From assembly GCF_000150275.1 (NCBI RefSeq), contig NW_002060948.1, forward strand, positions 5,768,411 through 5,832,410: a DNA stretch of 64,000 nt, in the 5' to 3' direction. The DNA is from Trichoplax adhaerens. Its lineage: Eukaryota; Animalia; Placozoa. Below the pieces are notes generated by a model. It made no database searches and had not been told where the DNA came from. It saw only the letters and a list, made by a program, of their open reading frames with translations. This document shows positions 13,779 through 25,892 of the stretch, in pieces (positions within the stretch are counted from its first letter, which is position 1; each line of letters begins with the position of its first letter). A program made the translations under genes and the position numbers.

Positions 13779-15162
13779 TACCGTATTAAAAATTATAATA
13801 TACTTTCAATTTATTAATTTATATGTATTGCAAATGTCTATTTAGAACTAAGATTAGCCATAGCATAAGTTTATATATATATTTTCTAGTGTATCAGAAT
13901 TAGACAATGCTAAATTTGTAATTTATTAACTACCGGTACTTTCTGAAACAGGAGTCTTTCTAAATTTAAAATCGCTTCAGATAGTTCGTTCAGGTAACAA
14001 GAAGTGTCATAGTGGAAATGTTTCTAATAAATCATTAGATCAATTTATTAATGGCCTAGCTGGTTAAGGAAGTTAAAAATATACAAATTGATTCTAGTGC
14101 CTGAAAATTATAGGATATCAGATCCATAATGAACTAAACTAAATTGTATTTACAATCTTGATGAATATGCTAGTTATATTTTAGTCATTATTAAATTCAA
14201 CCGGCCCACTGATGAGATATATAGATCAGAATTATGTTACTGTCGATATATCGTGTTAATAATGTGATGTTCATATAACGTCTATTTAGAAATTGAGGTA
14301 TTTCGATGCTGTTATTCATCTTAAATACTAAGTGTAACGACGCTCATTCACGAATAAAAATGATATCGTATTAAATCAATACTATGGCAGGGTTACTACT
14401 GTATTTTTCAAAGGTTTTACTCCTAGAAAGTGGGTTTACCTTGAATTTTCTTCATGAAATTAAGGCAAATGATGCTATTAGTGAAAAAAGTAAAGTATAA
14501 GGTTAGTCATTCAAATATTCATTTCCGTTGATCTTAATTAAATAGTTTATTAGAAATTCATTCCCTAGCGTAAGGTCTATTTTATATCGATTTTGGAATA
14601 GATAAATTTGTTAAATTCATCGATATTACCAGAAACTTGCTACAACTAAAAAGCCTGCGTAGACGAGTAAAAATATCCTCTTTAATAATATTTTAACGGT
14701 TCGTACAGCATCATTATCAAAATGGCAAATGCTAATCAACTTTTACATCCCAAAATATCCTTACCGTAACCCTAAATATTGGGATTTAACTTGAAATTTA
14801 TTTTTAAATTATCCCTTAACTATCTCACAAGAATTTAGGCGCCTTTACTTCTACATTAAACAACTATAGAACTCTCATTATTCAACTATCTACTGAGCTT
14901 AAGTACCCTTCGGCAGCTGCTATCATGTATTAGTCATAACAGTACGTGAAATTTAGTTCATATCCTTAAGGACAAAATCATTCTTAGGAATAGCCGTAAC
15001 ATCTATACACAGATTTATTTATAATATCATCTATAATTGGATATCTTCAGGATATTCATCACAAGTGTTACAAGACATAACACTACAATTAATTAACATT
15101 AGTTACCGTATAAGAACTCTTACTACAGTACAGCATAATTTACTGTAACAAAATAATAACTA

Positions 15163-15849
15163 CTAGTACAAACTCACGTCGCTTTGCTGACGGTTTACGA
15201 TATTGTATCCATTTGTTAATAATTAACAGATAGTATTACCATTCGACATTATATATATCTCGGTAATAGCCAGGCACTACTATATTCACAGCTATGCTTG
15301 TAGAATACTACTTTTCAATAATGCATTCACGGATGAAATGCTATGAAATGCTATATTAAGATTAGTTCATGGTTCAAAGCACATTATGATAACTAATGTA
15401 CGGTGATGGACATACCAAGTTAAGATTAGCAGGTACTGTACAATGTCCTTAGTACTGTGGTCAATTCTATCTCAATTATTATAATATGTCTAAGGATCGC
15501 TTGCTCTGTCGATAACAACCGTTACAAGAAAATGTAACAATCAAAATCAAAATGGCTGCGTAGAAAACTCTATAAACATTCTATGTTTATTCAGTTTTCA
15601 TCAGAGTATGACATCAAATCAAAATTGAAAGGCCCAGTGGCCACCCTTAGCGATATAACGAATACTATTTTAAAAATCAGTACTCTGCAGAAATTACTAC
15701 CTTAGAGCTATTCGTTTTACATAAAGAAATCTTGGGGTAAAAAGTACGGTAAGAATCTTATACTGACCTATTGAAATGAACCCATAATCACAGTTATCTA
15801 ACAATAGTATAAATACCCCCGTGCTCGCTTGAAGGGAGGGTGGGTAGGA
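15163..15849 (-). mobile_element. Non-autonomous Helitron-like element (about 687 bp)
   Basis: On the minus strand it begins A|TCCTACCC at 15849 and ends with hairpin CGTCAGCAAAGCGACG followed about 12 nt later by CTAG|T at 15163. A close inverted copy lies at 25343-25892. Confidence 0.7.
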
Positions 15850-17242
15850 TCGTAGTTCTTCCTGTTAGTTATTATTAGTAATCTCCATATATAAATGTTA
15901 ACCACTAAATTTAGTCATTTAGTCTTCACGATGATTCGCACCGTGACACCTGTGCTCTTCTTAGTTTATGATAGGCACCCACCAATTAAAGCATGTTCTT
16001 AATTTTTGTAATGGCCTCTCTTTTGATGGGCAGATACTGTCTATGAATATCGATATTTATATTCGTCTATCCTAGCTACTTAGCAGAATTAATTTTGATT
16101 ACTTAAAGATCTTATAGAACTCTTTAACTATAGACTGAAAGTTTTAATAGGCAATTTAAATAATGATTAGGCTATCTTACAAGATTATCTTCATAACCTC
16201 TACTGAAAATTACCGTAATCTCGGAGGGAATCTTGCTAAATACAGCTCTATGATTTTAATTATAATCATAACTTGCGCCAGATGGCTCTTATTAATGGAA
16301 CTAAAAGTAAATTATCTATAAATAGCCGTGCCAGGGCTAAAGTTTTTTCAACAGCTAGGTAGAATATTTTTATGGCTTCTTGTAACATCGTCATTAAACA
16401 ACTTTACTCTCAGATTTACAATAAGAAGAGACATTTTTTAAGATGATAGTTTGTTTAATTAATATCGTTCAAATATTTTTTTATCCTATGAGTATGTCTG
16501 TTCTACTATAAAATTTAAAGATAATCATATATGTTTAATATACTGATATAAGTTACTCAAGTACCTAACTCTAGACTTTCCATTATGGTGAAAATTGGTT
16601 CAAAGTAATACAAAATTAAATTATAATCGCTCCAATCTATATTTTTAACACACTTACGCATCGAGTGTAGAGTATAAACTATCATGCAGTAGATGGTCAA
16701 CTTCTTATAATAAATTTTATGCTAAGATTATTTATGATCGGATTACAAATTCTCACTGCTGACATTGGTTTTCTAACAGTTGATCACCTGTAGTAAAAGG
16801 ACTAAAAGTAGAGTCCTTTGTAGTTTTTAGTATGTAATTAGTATTATTTTACTATACAAAATACCTAGAAAGTGATAGTGTCTTTAAGTTTTACCCTGCC
16901 AAATCATCATGTCGCCATCTTTTCTTCTTCATTATTTTACAAGGTATTATATAGATTACTATAGAAGTAGCCCTATAGAGCAAATGCCTAATCTAAAGAA
17001 AGGGCGTTTCATCATCTATTCAAATTGTAAAGAAATTTGACTTAGTAGCAAAACCCTATCCTTAGAGAAAGGGGATTTATAACATGACGATAAAGTACTG
17101 TAAGGTAGTCTATACTCGTACAGTTACAGTACCATCTGACGCTAAAACATCAACTGTCAATACTCGCGAATACTAAGCGGTACTAATGTCAGAAAAGTAG
17201 TCGTAGTAGTCATATAAATTTTTTGATAAGCGATTACTGTGA

Positions 17243-18076
17243 TCTTCATAAAAAGCGGATTTTTCCGGATTTGTGTCCGATATAGTTTTCGGATTCTGGG
17301 ACCGGTCGGGTTTGTGTCCGATATAATTTTCCTGTTTTGGAACCGGTCGGGTTTATTTTTAATTTATGTCTGAATTATAATTTTCTGTTCTAATTTTTGG
17401 ATTTTTGTTCATGAAAAATATCGTAAGAGTTGATTTTTGAGATTTGGACTTTTTGTTATGAATTTGAAACTTTGGAATTTTATGACGTGACTTGAAGTCA
17501 CATTAGGAGATTTAGTGAGGAAAATAGAAAATAAGATCGAAATTGGCAGAGGTTGTGTTGATTGTTAGGTAGTTAGAATGCTGTTTTTATGACTAAATCT
17601 TGATGTTTAAAGGTTGATTTTTAGCTTTTTATAGTGTATTAATGATAGGAATTATGTTAGAAATGAAGTTTGATGTATTTTTATAGTTAGCTTGTTACTT
17701 TTATAGTGTTTTGTAAGGGAATCGTAGGGTAAATTGTGTCTGAACTTTGAATGATTTTTGTTTTCTTAAATGGTGCANNNNNNNNNNNNNNNNNNNNNNN
17801 NNNNNNNNNNNNNNNNNNNNNNNNNNNGGAAATGCACGATCAGTACGTAAATTAAATCAATCTGTAAGTAATATCAGGAATTCTGAAGTAGATAGTACTC
17901 CTAGAGATCAGAATCAGTCAGCAGGTAATCGTAGGAGAAACTATCATCATCGCCGATTACATCGAATAGGAAGATTAGGTGATATTGACTCGATAGCAAC
18001 AATCGATGATGTTGTACCTGCTCAGCATGAGCACATTATCGTAAACCGTCAGTAAAGCGACGGGAGTTTGCACCAG
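17243..18076 (+). mobile_element. Probable longer Helitron copy spanning the assembly gap
   Basis: Starts A|TCTTCATAAAAAGCGG with subterminal direct repeats (TTTGTGTCCGATATA...ACCGGTCGGGTTT x2). Ends with the family 3' end GAGCACATTATCGTAAACCGTCAGTAAAGCGACGGGAGTTTGCACCAG|T. Joining the two halves across the gap is inference. Confidence 0.5.
17778..17827. other. Assembly gap (50 N)
   Basis: Run of N in the sequence. Confidence 1.
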
Positions 18077-21000
18077 TGAACCTGATTCAGCAAATGGCCA
18101 TATCTATATCTAGCTCTAAAGTCCCTCTATAGGCTTTTAGGTCTTCCCTTTGTATATTCCTGCGTTGTTTATATCCACAATAAGAAATATTTTCCCACAA
18201 TGCCGTAGGCTCCATCTTATAAATTAGAGTAAAATAACTCATGAAATTTTCACTATGCGTAAGCTGATGCTCGCTGCTCAACAAAATGTCATACACTTCT
18301 TTTCGCAAGAATTAATATCACGATAACATTTCCCAATAAGAGCCAAATTTTAGTGCTTATGCTTAAGCGATGAGCATCGTCAGTAACTCATTTTAGTAGG
18401 TAGGATATAATTGAAAAGAGGATTGAATCTTGCATTGTGAGTAAAGTTAAACTTGTCCTTTCTCCATAGAGACTCGATTGGTTGTGAGTTTGTAATAGAA
18501 ATTAACTGAAAGGATTATTCAATCAGGAAAAACTTTTCGAAATAATTTCTAGTAAAGAATTTCGCAGCTCAAAATTCTACTTGGTTTGCAACAATCAAAC
18601 TTCAAGTTCTATATCTTGGGAAAGGGATTAACAATTCTATTTGTATTAGCTGAATTTTATTCAGTTTTTACGGTGAAACGTAGCCTGGGGCGCAGCTTGT
18701 ACATTAACGTGATTTTTTCATCAACTATCTATTTTACTCAATTTTTTAGCTTTTATGACGCTCTGTTTCCGCTCTGTAACTCCATAATATCATGGACATA
18801 TCTCGTTCCTCGTATTAGAATACTTTAAAGTACTTCAAACCACATGGATTAACTTTTATCCTATTACATAGTTATCGAATATATTTCTATATCAAACGAG
18901 TTCTTTTATTACGACCGTCTGATCACTTGCATTAAGAAGAATCAACGTATGAAATAATAATTCAAGAGTTACTTCATTATGTAGTCTAATAATGGTGTAT
19001 GTCTCTACTGCTATTGTATCACAGTCTATAATTAATTACCTTTCTTCTTTCCCAGATAATTACAATTCAACTGCCTTACAATGAACTACCAATCGAATGT
19101 ATCTGCTTGGTTATTATAAACTGCCATTGTGTCTATACAACTAACCCACTTCCTGGTAAAACCTGGGGAAACGGGAGAGTGATGAATATGAATAATGATC
19201 ATCAAAATCGATTAATATACAGCATTCATTAAATAGCTAGACAAATAAAATTGCTTATTGTAGTGTATTTAGAATATACTGTAACTATATACCTACTCTT
19301 AAGTATAGACATGTTGTATTGCTCTTATATTTAGACATATCTACAGTCCGCTTACTTCACATTCATATATAGGCTACTGTATTTAGTTATTACGGTACTC
19401 GCTGTTTGCTACAATCATCAGCTATGTTGTAGCCTGTTATGGTATATGTTGTATCTAATTCTACAATCCTATTCTCTGTATTTGCTCTATCTTTAAAACT
19501 ATAAATACCGCCGATTTCCACCTCAGAAATTGTTCGTTTCCTGGTTAGTCTTCACACGTTACTCATGACAGCTTGCACGCTGATCTACCGTAACTACCTC
19601 ACTGTACTTACTTTACAACTTAAAATAAAGCATAACTTTTATACAACTTTTGGTGTACTAATTGTAAATGGAAACTAAATCTCAATCCTCCGAGATATCG
19701 AACCCCCCATCACACTTATTTAATACATTCCATTCTTCAAAACAAATATTTAAACAGTATTCATTTGGGAAGGTGTGCAATTGTTCTGTATTATAAAAGC
19801 TTCGTTTCAAAGGATGACTTTGATGGTTATATTAACTTATTTTAACTTCCATTAATTAGTATTCGAATTGAACAATTAAATTCAAAACGTTATACAGTAC
19901 AGGTTTTTCACTTCCGTATTCAGTGGAAATATTGAATAAAAAGAGAGATAGCAAGTAAACTGACAGCAGTTGATCTACCACTACTTCTGGTTCGCAATAG
20001 GCTTAGACAGCTACAAGGTCACTTTGTTTTAAAATTTCTACTTCAAGGTACAACGTGATTTTCTTCAAGGATTTTTTCTTTCCACTATAATTAATGCTAT
20101 TTACTTTTAAATTGAATGCGATTCGATAAATTTAGTATTAATCGGTCATTTAAAATTTATTTTTAACTTAAATTGCGTTTAAATTTGCTTAGTTTTACCT
20201 TAATGCGTGAAATGTAGGTTACCGTAAAAGTAAGTCAAAAATTTTCCATTGGCTTGAAGAAAAGTAGAGATTTATCAAGTCTAAAAGGGAATCTTTTTTA
20301 CCCATAGTTAACTGTTCATAACTCTACTCTATCCGAATAAAGTAAGCAGCAAGATCTTAGTTATAACCTCTACATCATGTAATGTTGCCTACTTTTATAT
20401 TTTCTGCCCGTCTACAGTATTGGCTAATTTCGGACATTGGCCGCAACCTATATATATCAGGCCAACAAACTATTGCACGTTACCGTACCTTACCATTTAA
20501 GTAATCTTTCGATCTTAACCGCTATATACACTTATCAACGCAGCAGGTCATAAATTGTCCTTGATTTTATGCTATAGAAAATAGAGTACATACATCGGCG
20601 TTAATAGCATATTAATAGTATACTTACACAAGCTATCACAAGTAGGGTGTACTAGTAGTATTACTGTTAATGGCAAATTCTTATCTTGGCCAGAATAAGG
20701 TTCAAATCGGCTATAGTGCTTCTATAGACATTTAATTATAAGGTCTTCACTTTTTACTTCCTGTTTCGGTAAAGTATTAAGATTATATTGTGCTTGTAGC
20801 ATATGACTTAATACAAGTATTCTAAGTTGTTCTTAAATATAGATACTTTGATAAACTTATAGCACTGTAAACAGGTATAGTTTGTTATGTTTGAACATTT
20901 ATAGCACTTACAGTCTTCGCCATTTTCGACAATTATTTCGTTACTTTAAGACAGCCAGCTTAAACTTGAAGTTTAAAATAAAGAATCGATTTTCTTACGC

Positions 21001-21257
21001 AACGCATTTAAGTTAATCTCAAAATAACTACTCAATCTGTTTCCGATAAATTATCGAATCCTCCATCACATTTTCCACTCATGCTCATTAATATAAACTT
21101 TACCATAAGTTTATGACTATTTTTGTATCTGGCATCATAAAAATTGGCAGTAACTGCTTTTCAGTAATTGTAACGTAAATTAACAACCGATTAATTTTAA
21201 TTAGGAAAGATTCCTTAGCTCATTTGAATTTTCAAATACCGGTCAGAATCCTTCACC

Positions 21258-23706
21258 ATGCCACGCATTACATCTCCAATGACTGTTCTTTCGGAAGGAA
21301 TTCGGAAAATTAATATCCATTTAAACATTGTCATTGTCTTGACAGTGATTCAATTGGCCGCCACAGTACCAGCTTTAGTAATGCCTTGTAGATATGGTCT
21401 GTATGTGCTCAGCTTAGTACAATATTATAACTCATTCTGGATTGCTGGGCCGGTAAGTCAATTAATAATAATTTTGTTATTAGCTAACAATATTAGAATA
21501 GTCAAACCTCATGGCAATTTTGGTCGTACCGCAAAATGATCTGCTGAAATATAGAAAATAGAATATAGCTTATATAAAGTCTAGAAGTATCGTGACATAA
21601 TTAATATTATTACTAGGTCTTTTAGAGTAGAATTTCAAGTTAGAGGTAATCATTCTAAATTTCAAACAGTGCATGTTGGTATATAAGAAATTGCAGTCGA
21701 TGATAAAAGAAAGGATAGATTTAATTTAGCCATATCGATAGTTGTGACTTATTGCCACTTACTTTAGCTCCATTAAGCAAAAGTTGGTAATTGCATTTTA
21801 GACTTTATTAGCTTGTTAGTTAAATATATTGACATATTGACATATTGCTTATTCGATATCTTGAAACTATAGCACAATTTGATAGTTGCTACTTTAAAAT
21901 TGAAAACTACTTCGGAATCATCTACGATAGAGTTTTATATAGAACGGAAGAGATATCGAATAAAATAAGATATATTGCTGATACCATATCGGGAACATAA
22001 TTTATTTAAACTCTTATATTCTACCAAATTGTCATGCTTATACTATTCGGTTGCATTCTCCTGACTTCCGAATTTTGTAACAAACCTATCAAAGTTTTGT
22101 TTCTAATCTAGAAGAAATCTAATTCTCACAAATTGGCAGTCTTAGTCTAGATAGAATTTAAAAAAGCTTTTATTGCAGTTTTTATTACAGCGGTTTAGAA
22201 TAGCAAAGCAATACTGAACTACTATCAAGAATCTAGTATAAATTATCTTGAACCCAATTAAATCAAGATCTCCTACTTGCAGTTTTAAATACGAGTGTAT
22301 TTAGTTTGGCCTATTGGCAGCAATAATATCCCTTACAATCATACCAGAATCATCAATAAATTATTTTTCTTCAAATACGGTATTAATCTATCTATTTGAG
22401 ACGGTTATGTCTATATTAATGTCTAACACAGTAAGGTTTTAGGCTTCTATAAAATTGTAATATTTTAATTTGCACTGACATTGTACTGTAATTTAGATAA
22501 CCGGCTATTGCTAGTTATATAATCGAAAATGATTGCAATTATAGCCAACATTTTGAAATACAAGCAAAGCGGTAATATTTGTTAATTATTAGTAAATTTA
22601 ATTATATTAAATATTGTAGTCGACACAATTGAATATGAAGAGCATCCTTACAGTACTGCAACGCTTTAAAATTGCATAATTTTATTATTATTTGTCAGTT
22701 GAGAAAATGAATACTATTCGCTAATATCCACGTAATGCCCAAGATTGACCATAATCTGTACAGAAGATCGATCTACGCGCTATAATTTTAACTTAAAGTG
22801 GTCTATCCCTTATAATTTGACACCATGCTGAAATAGATTGTATATAATCATCTTATGTCACTGATTCAACTTCTAATTACTATTAGGGAGAATTGATAAC
22901 GAACTGCTTTGCTTCTATATTTTACTAACATATCATGTTTACAGAATTGAATACAGTTGAGTAATATCATGTCTTCTTTACTGTTATGATCAAAATATAT
23001 TAGATGCTGGTTTTTGCCCTTTCTGGCCGTTATATCAACAAAAATCTAACACTAGAAGCTGTAAGTTTATTATTCTGAAAATTGTAAAAGTAATACTTCC
23101 GTAAATTAAAACTGCATCTCATTGTACTGTCGATGTTAAGGATGTTGCGCGTCTTTTTCTTTAGATAACAATACATAAAGGGTTGAATATCATATGTATA
23201 CTTTGTGTTGGTGCGGGTTACGTTATTCTGGGCTTAACCTACCAAGCATTACTCTCAGTCAGCGATTCGTCTATTTCGATTTCTTGTGGTTCGGTGCTCG
23301 TTTCTTTTAGCCAATATCAAACCATAGCTATCGTCGTTGCAGTTATACATTCTATCGTCTACATTTATTACATGTCGGCTTGTGGAACAACTTGGAGAAC
23401 ATACATTATTTGTGTTGCAAGTATGGCTTTATTACAAACTGGCAGTAATTCAAGAATTCCGGTAAGATTAATCTTCAGTAATGTCAAAAATAGACTCACA
23501 AAGGAACTCCTTTAGTTTCCAACAATTACGATCATCTAAATATCTTCCGATTAGTTTCTAGTATTTTTGCAAAAGCGAAAATATTAAAATGACATTTGTT
23601 GGGGTTAATCTCTATTTAGGTGCAACAACTACGCGACGAACCTCCCGAATATGGGCAGGATCTCGTTAGTTCAAAGAACGTAGCTATAGACATGGATGCA
23701 AAATAA
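21258..23706 (+). CDS. MS4A/CD20-like four-TM protein, paralog D (exons 21258-21452, 23004-23060, 23165-23461, 23620-23706; about 211 aa), C-tail PPEY motif
   Basis: Open frame, canonical phase-0 introns, 57-nt second exon. Motifs MPCRYGLY...NSFWIAGP | MLVFALSGRYIN | ...IHSIVYIYY. Confidence 0.85.
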
Positions 23707-25342
23707 ATCAAACAATTAGATCTTTCGAATCACGGTATTCATAAACAGTCTATTTATATGACTTTGATTTAATTGGAAAAGATGCTAATGCTATAAAGGT
23801 TAATTTTTAGAGTGCTACTTCAAGCCTTTATTGCATTAAGTATTACAGCTTGCTTAAATTATCTTACTTAGTTTAATTGCAGTAGATTTCACTTAGTATC
23901 TTAGTATATTGTGGATCTGAGTACTTTATTCAGGTTAGAATATAACAATATCCAGTAGTATCATTTTCTTAATAATTATATATTGTAGGAATGTAATTTA
24001 AGGGATATATTGAAGTAGTATAACATTTTATTTCAATGATAATAAAATTGATACCTAACTTTAATCATAAATTGTGGTAGAAATATGATACTTTGCTATC
24101 AAATGCCGCGTGAATTCGACATTTAGATCTAACGTCCAATTTTAAGATTGCTGGTTTTTCCCAGTGCTTTATCATAGTTATGTTTAATAAAACGTAGAAA
24201 GACGCAATTTATATTTGAAATACAATTGTCATTAATTTAGTAATTTCGAAAATCTAGGGTAGTATTTATCTTCTCATATGTGCTTAATTGCTAGTTTAAT
24301 TTAGAATATTTTAGAGTGATAAATTAATGGTCAGATACCGCCAATTGTTTTATATTGCATCTATAAGGTAGTATAATTAAATAGCTGAGTGGTTTAAGTT
24401 AGGTAAGTAGAGAGGTAAAGGTTGGAGTATTCCTAAAAGTTGTGAGTAATTTCATTTTTAGATGGTTTGGTTGGTTATAATAGTAGTTCTGCCCTTTTGT
24501 AATTACTTTACTTGATTTGGTAAGGTTGTGATTAGAATTTATAATAAACAGGCGTTTTCCCCTAAATTAAGCAATGATAGGACTTAAAAGTCGCTAGTTT
24601 TGATAATTATAATTGGACGCCCATTATAACTCTATATTCATGATTTTTGACCGAGCATATTATCAGCAACGTCGTTAGTAATCTTTTTAAAAGCAATCCA
24701 TAATTACTTTCCTATTGGGTAAGTAACCTTTAATGGTGATATTGATATAAGCGATTTACTAAGCTAAGGTAATAATCATTTGGATAAAATACACTAGAAC
24801 AGAATAAAATATGATACCTCAGAAAGCTGAAGCAGCATATATTATAGACATGAAACGGTAGATGTCAAGCAAATAAAGCATACAATAGCGAATTGGATAT
24901 CAATCTTAAGGATTACAATAATAGAATAAATTTCAAACATCAATTTCTTATAGTAGTTTAGATTATATAATTATTAGTTTATATTAATAATCACGCTACA
25001 GTACTACGATAAAGGGCCTTCTCAAAAACATAACGGTTTTTTATAAACTTCACTTTATTGCATAAGATTAGGTTTATCTTACAACTACCAAGGACTATCT
25101 AACTGCAATCAGACTATCTCTGGACTATCTAAATTATTACAGATTTTCATAATTTATATAAAATTAGTTACACAATGATTTTCCTTCAAATACAATCATA
25201 TGTAAATTCACTATCGCGCTATCAATTCATAATTCACTCTTCTGGTTAAAGCGTCATAATATAAATCTCGCAGTTTTAACATACAGTACTTAGCGCAATC
25301 TATTACTTACCTAAGAATCATAATATAACCATCTCAATATAA

Positions 25343-25892
25343 ACGAGCAGCGCGGGGATATTTATACTACTATTAGATGACTGTGATTATGGGTTCATTT
25401 CAATAGGTCAGTATAAGATTCTTACCGTACTTTTTACCTCAAGATTTCTTCATGTAAAACGAATAGCTCTAAGGTAGCAATTTCCGCAGAGTACTGATTT
25501 TTAAAATAGTATTCGTTATATCGCTAAGGGTGGCCGCTGGGCCTTTCAATGTTGATTTGATGTAATACTCTGATGAAAATTGAATAAACATAGAATCTTT
25601 ATAGAGTTTTCTACACAGCCATTTTGATTGTTACATTTTCTTATAATGGTTGTTATAGACAGAGCAAGCGATCCTTAGACACATTATAATAATTGAGATA
25701 GAATTGACCACAGTACTAAGGACATTGTACCGCACTGTCGATAGCTTACAGTACCTGCTAATCTTAACTTGGTATGTCCATCACCGTACATTAGTTATCA
25801 TAATGCGCTTTGGAGCATGAACTAATCTTAATATAGCATTTCATAGCATTTCATCTGTGAATCGTCAGCAAAGCGACGTGAGTTTGTACTAG
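25343..25892 (+). mobile_element. Second copy of the same Helitron-like element (5'-truncated, about 130-bp internal deletion)
   Basis: Reverse complement of about 15325-15828 plus the 3' hairpin and CTAG|T. The paralogous empty site at about 11490 shows insertion between A and T with no target-site duplication. Confidence 0.75.

Noticed and set aside
19900-20770. ETS-like ACTTCC(G/T) sites upstream of paralog D
   Set aside because: Short motif without consistent position across paralogs; chance occurrence cannot be excluded.
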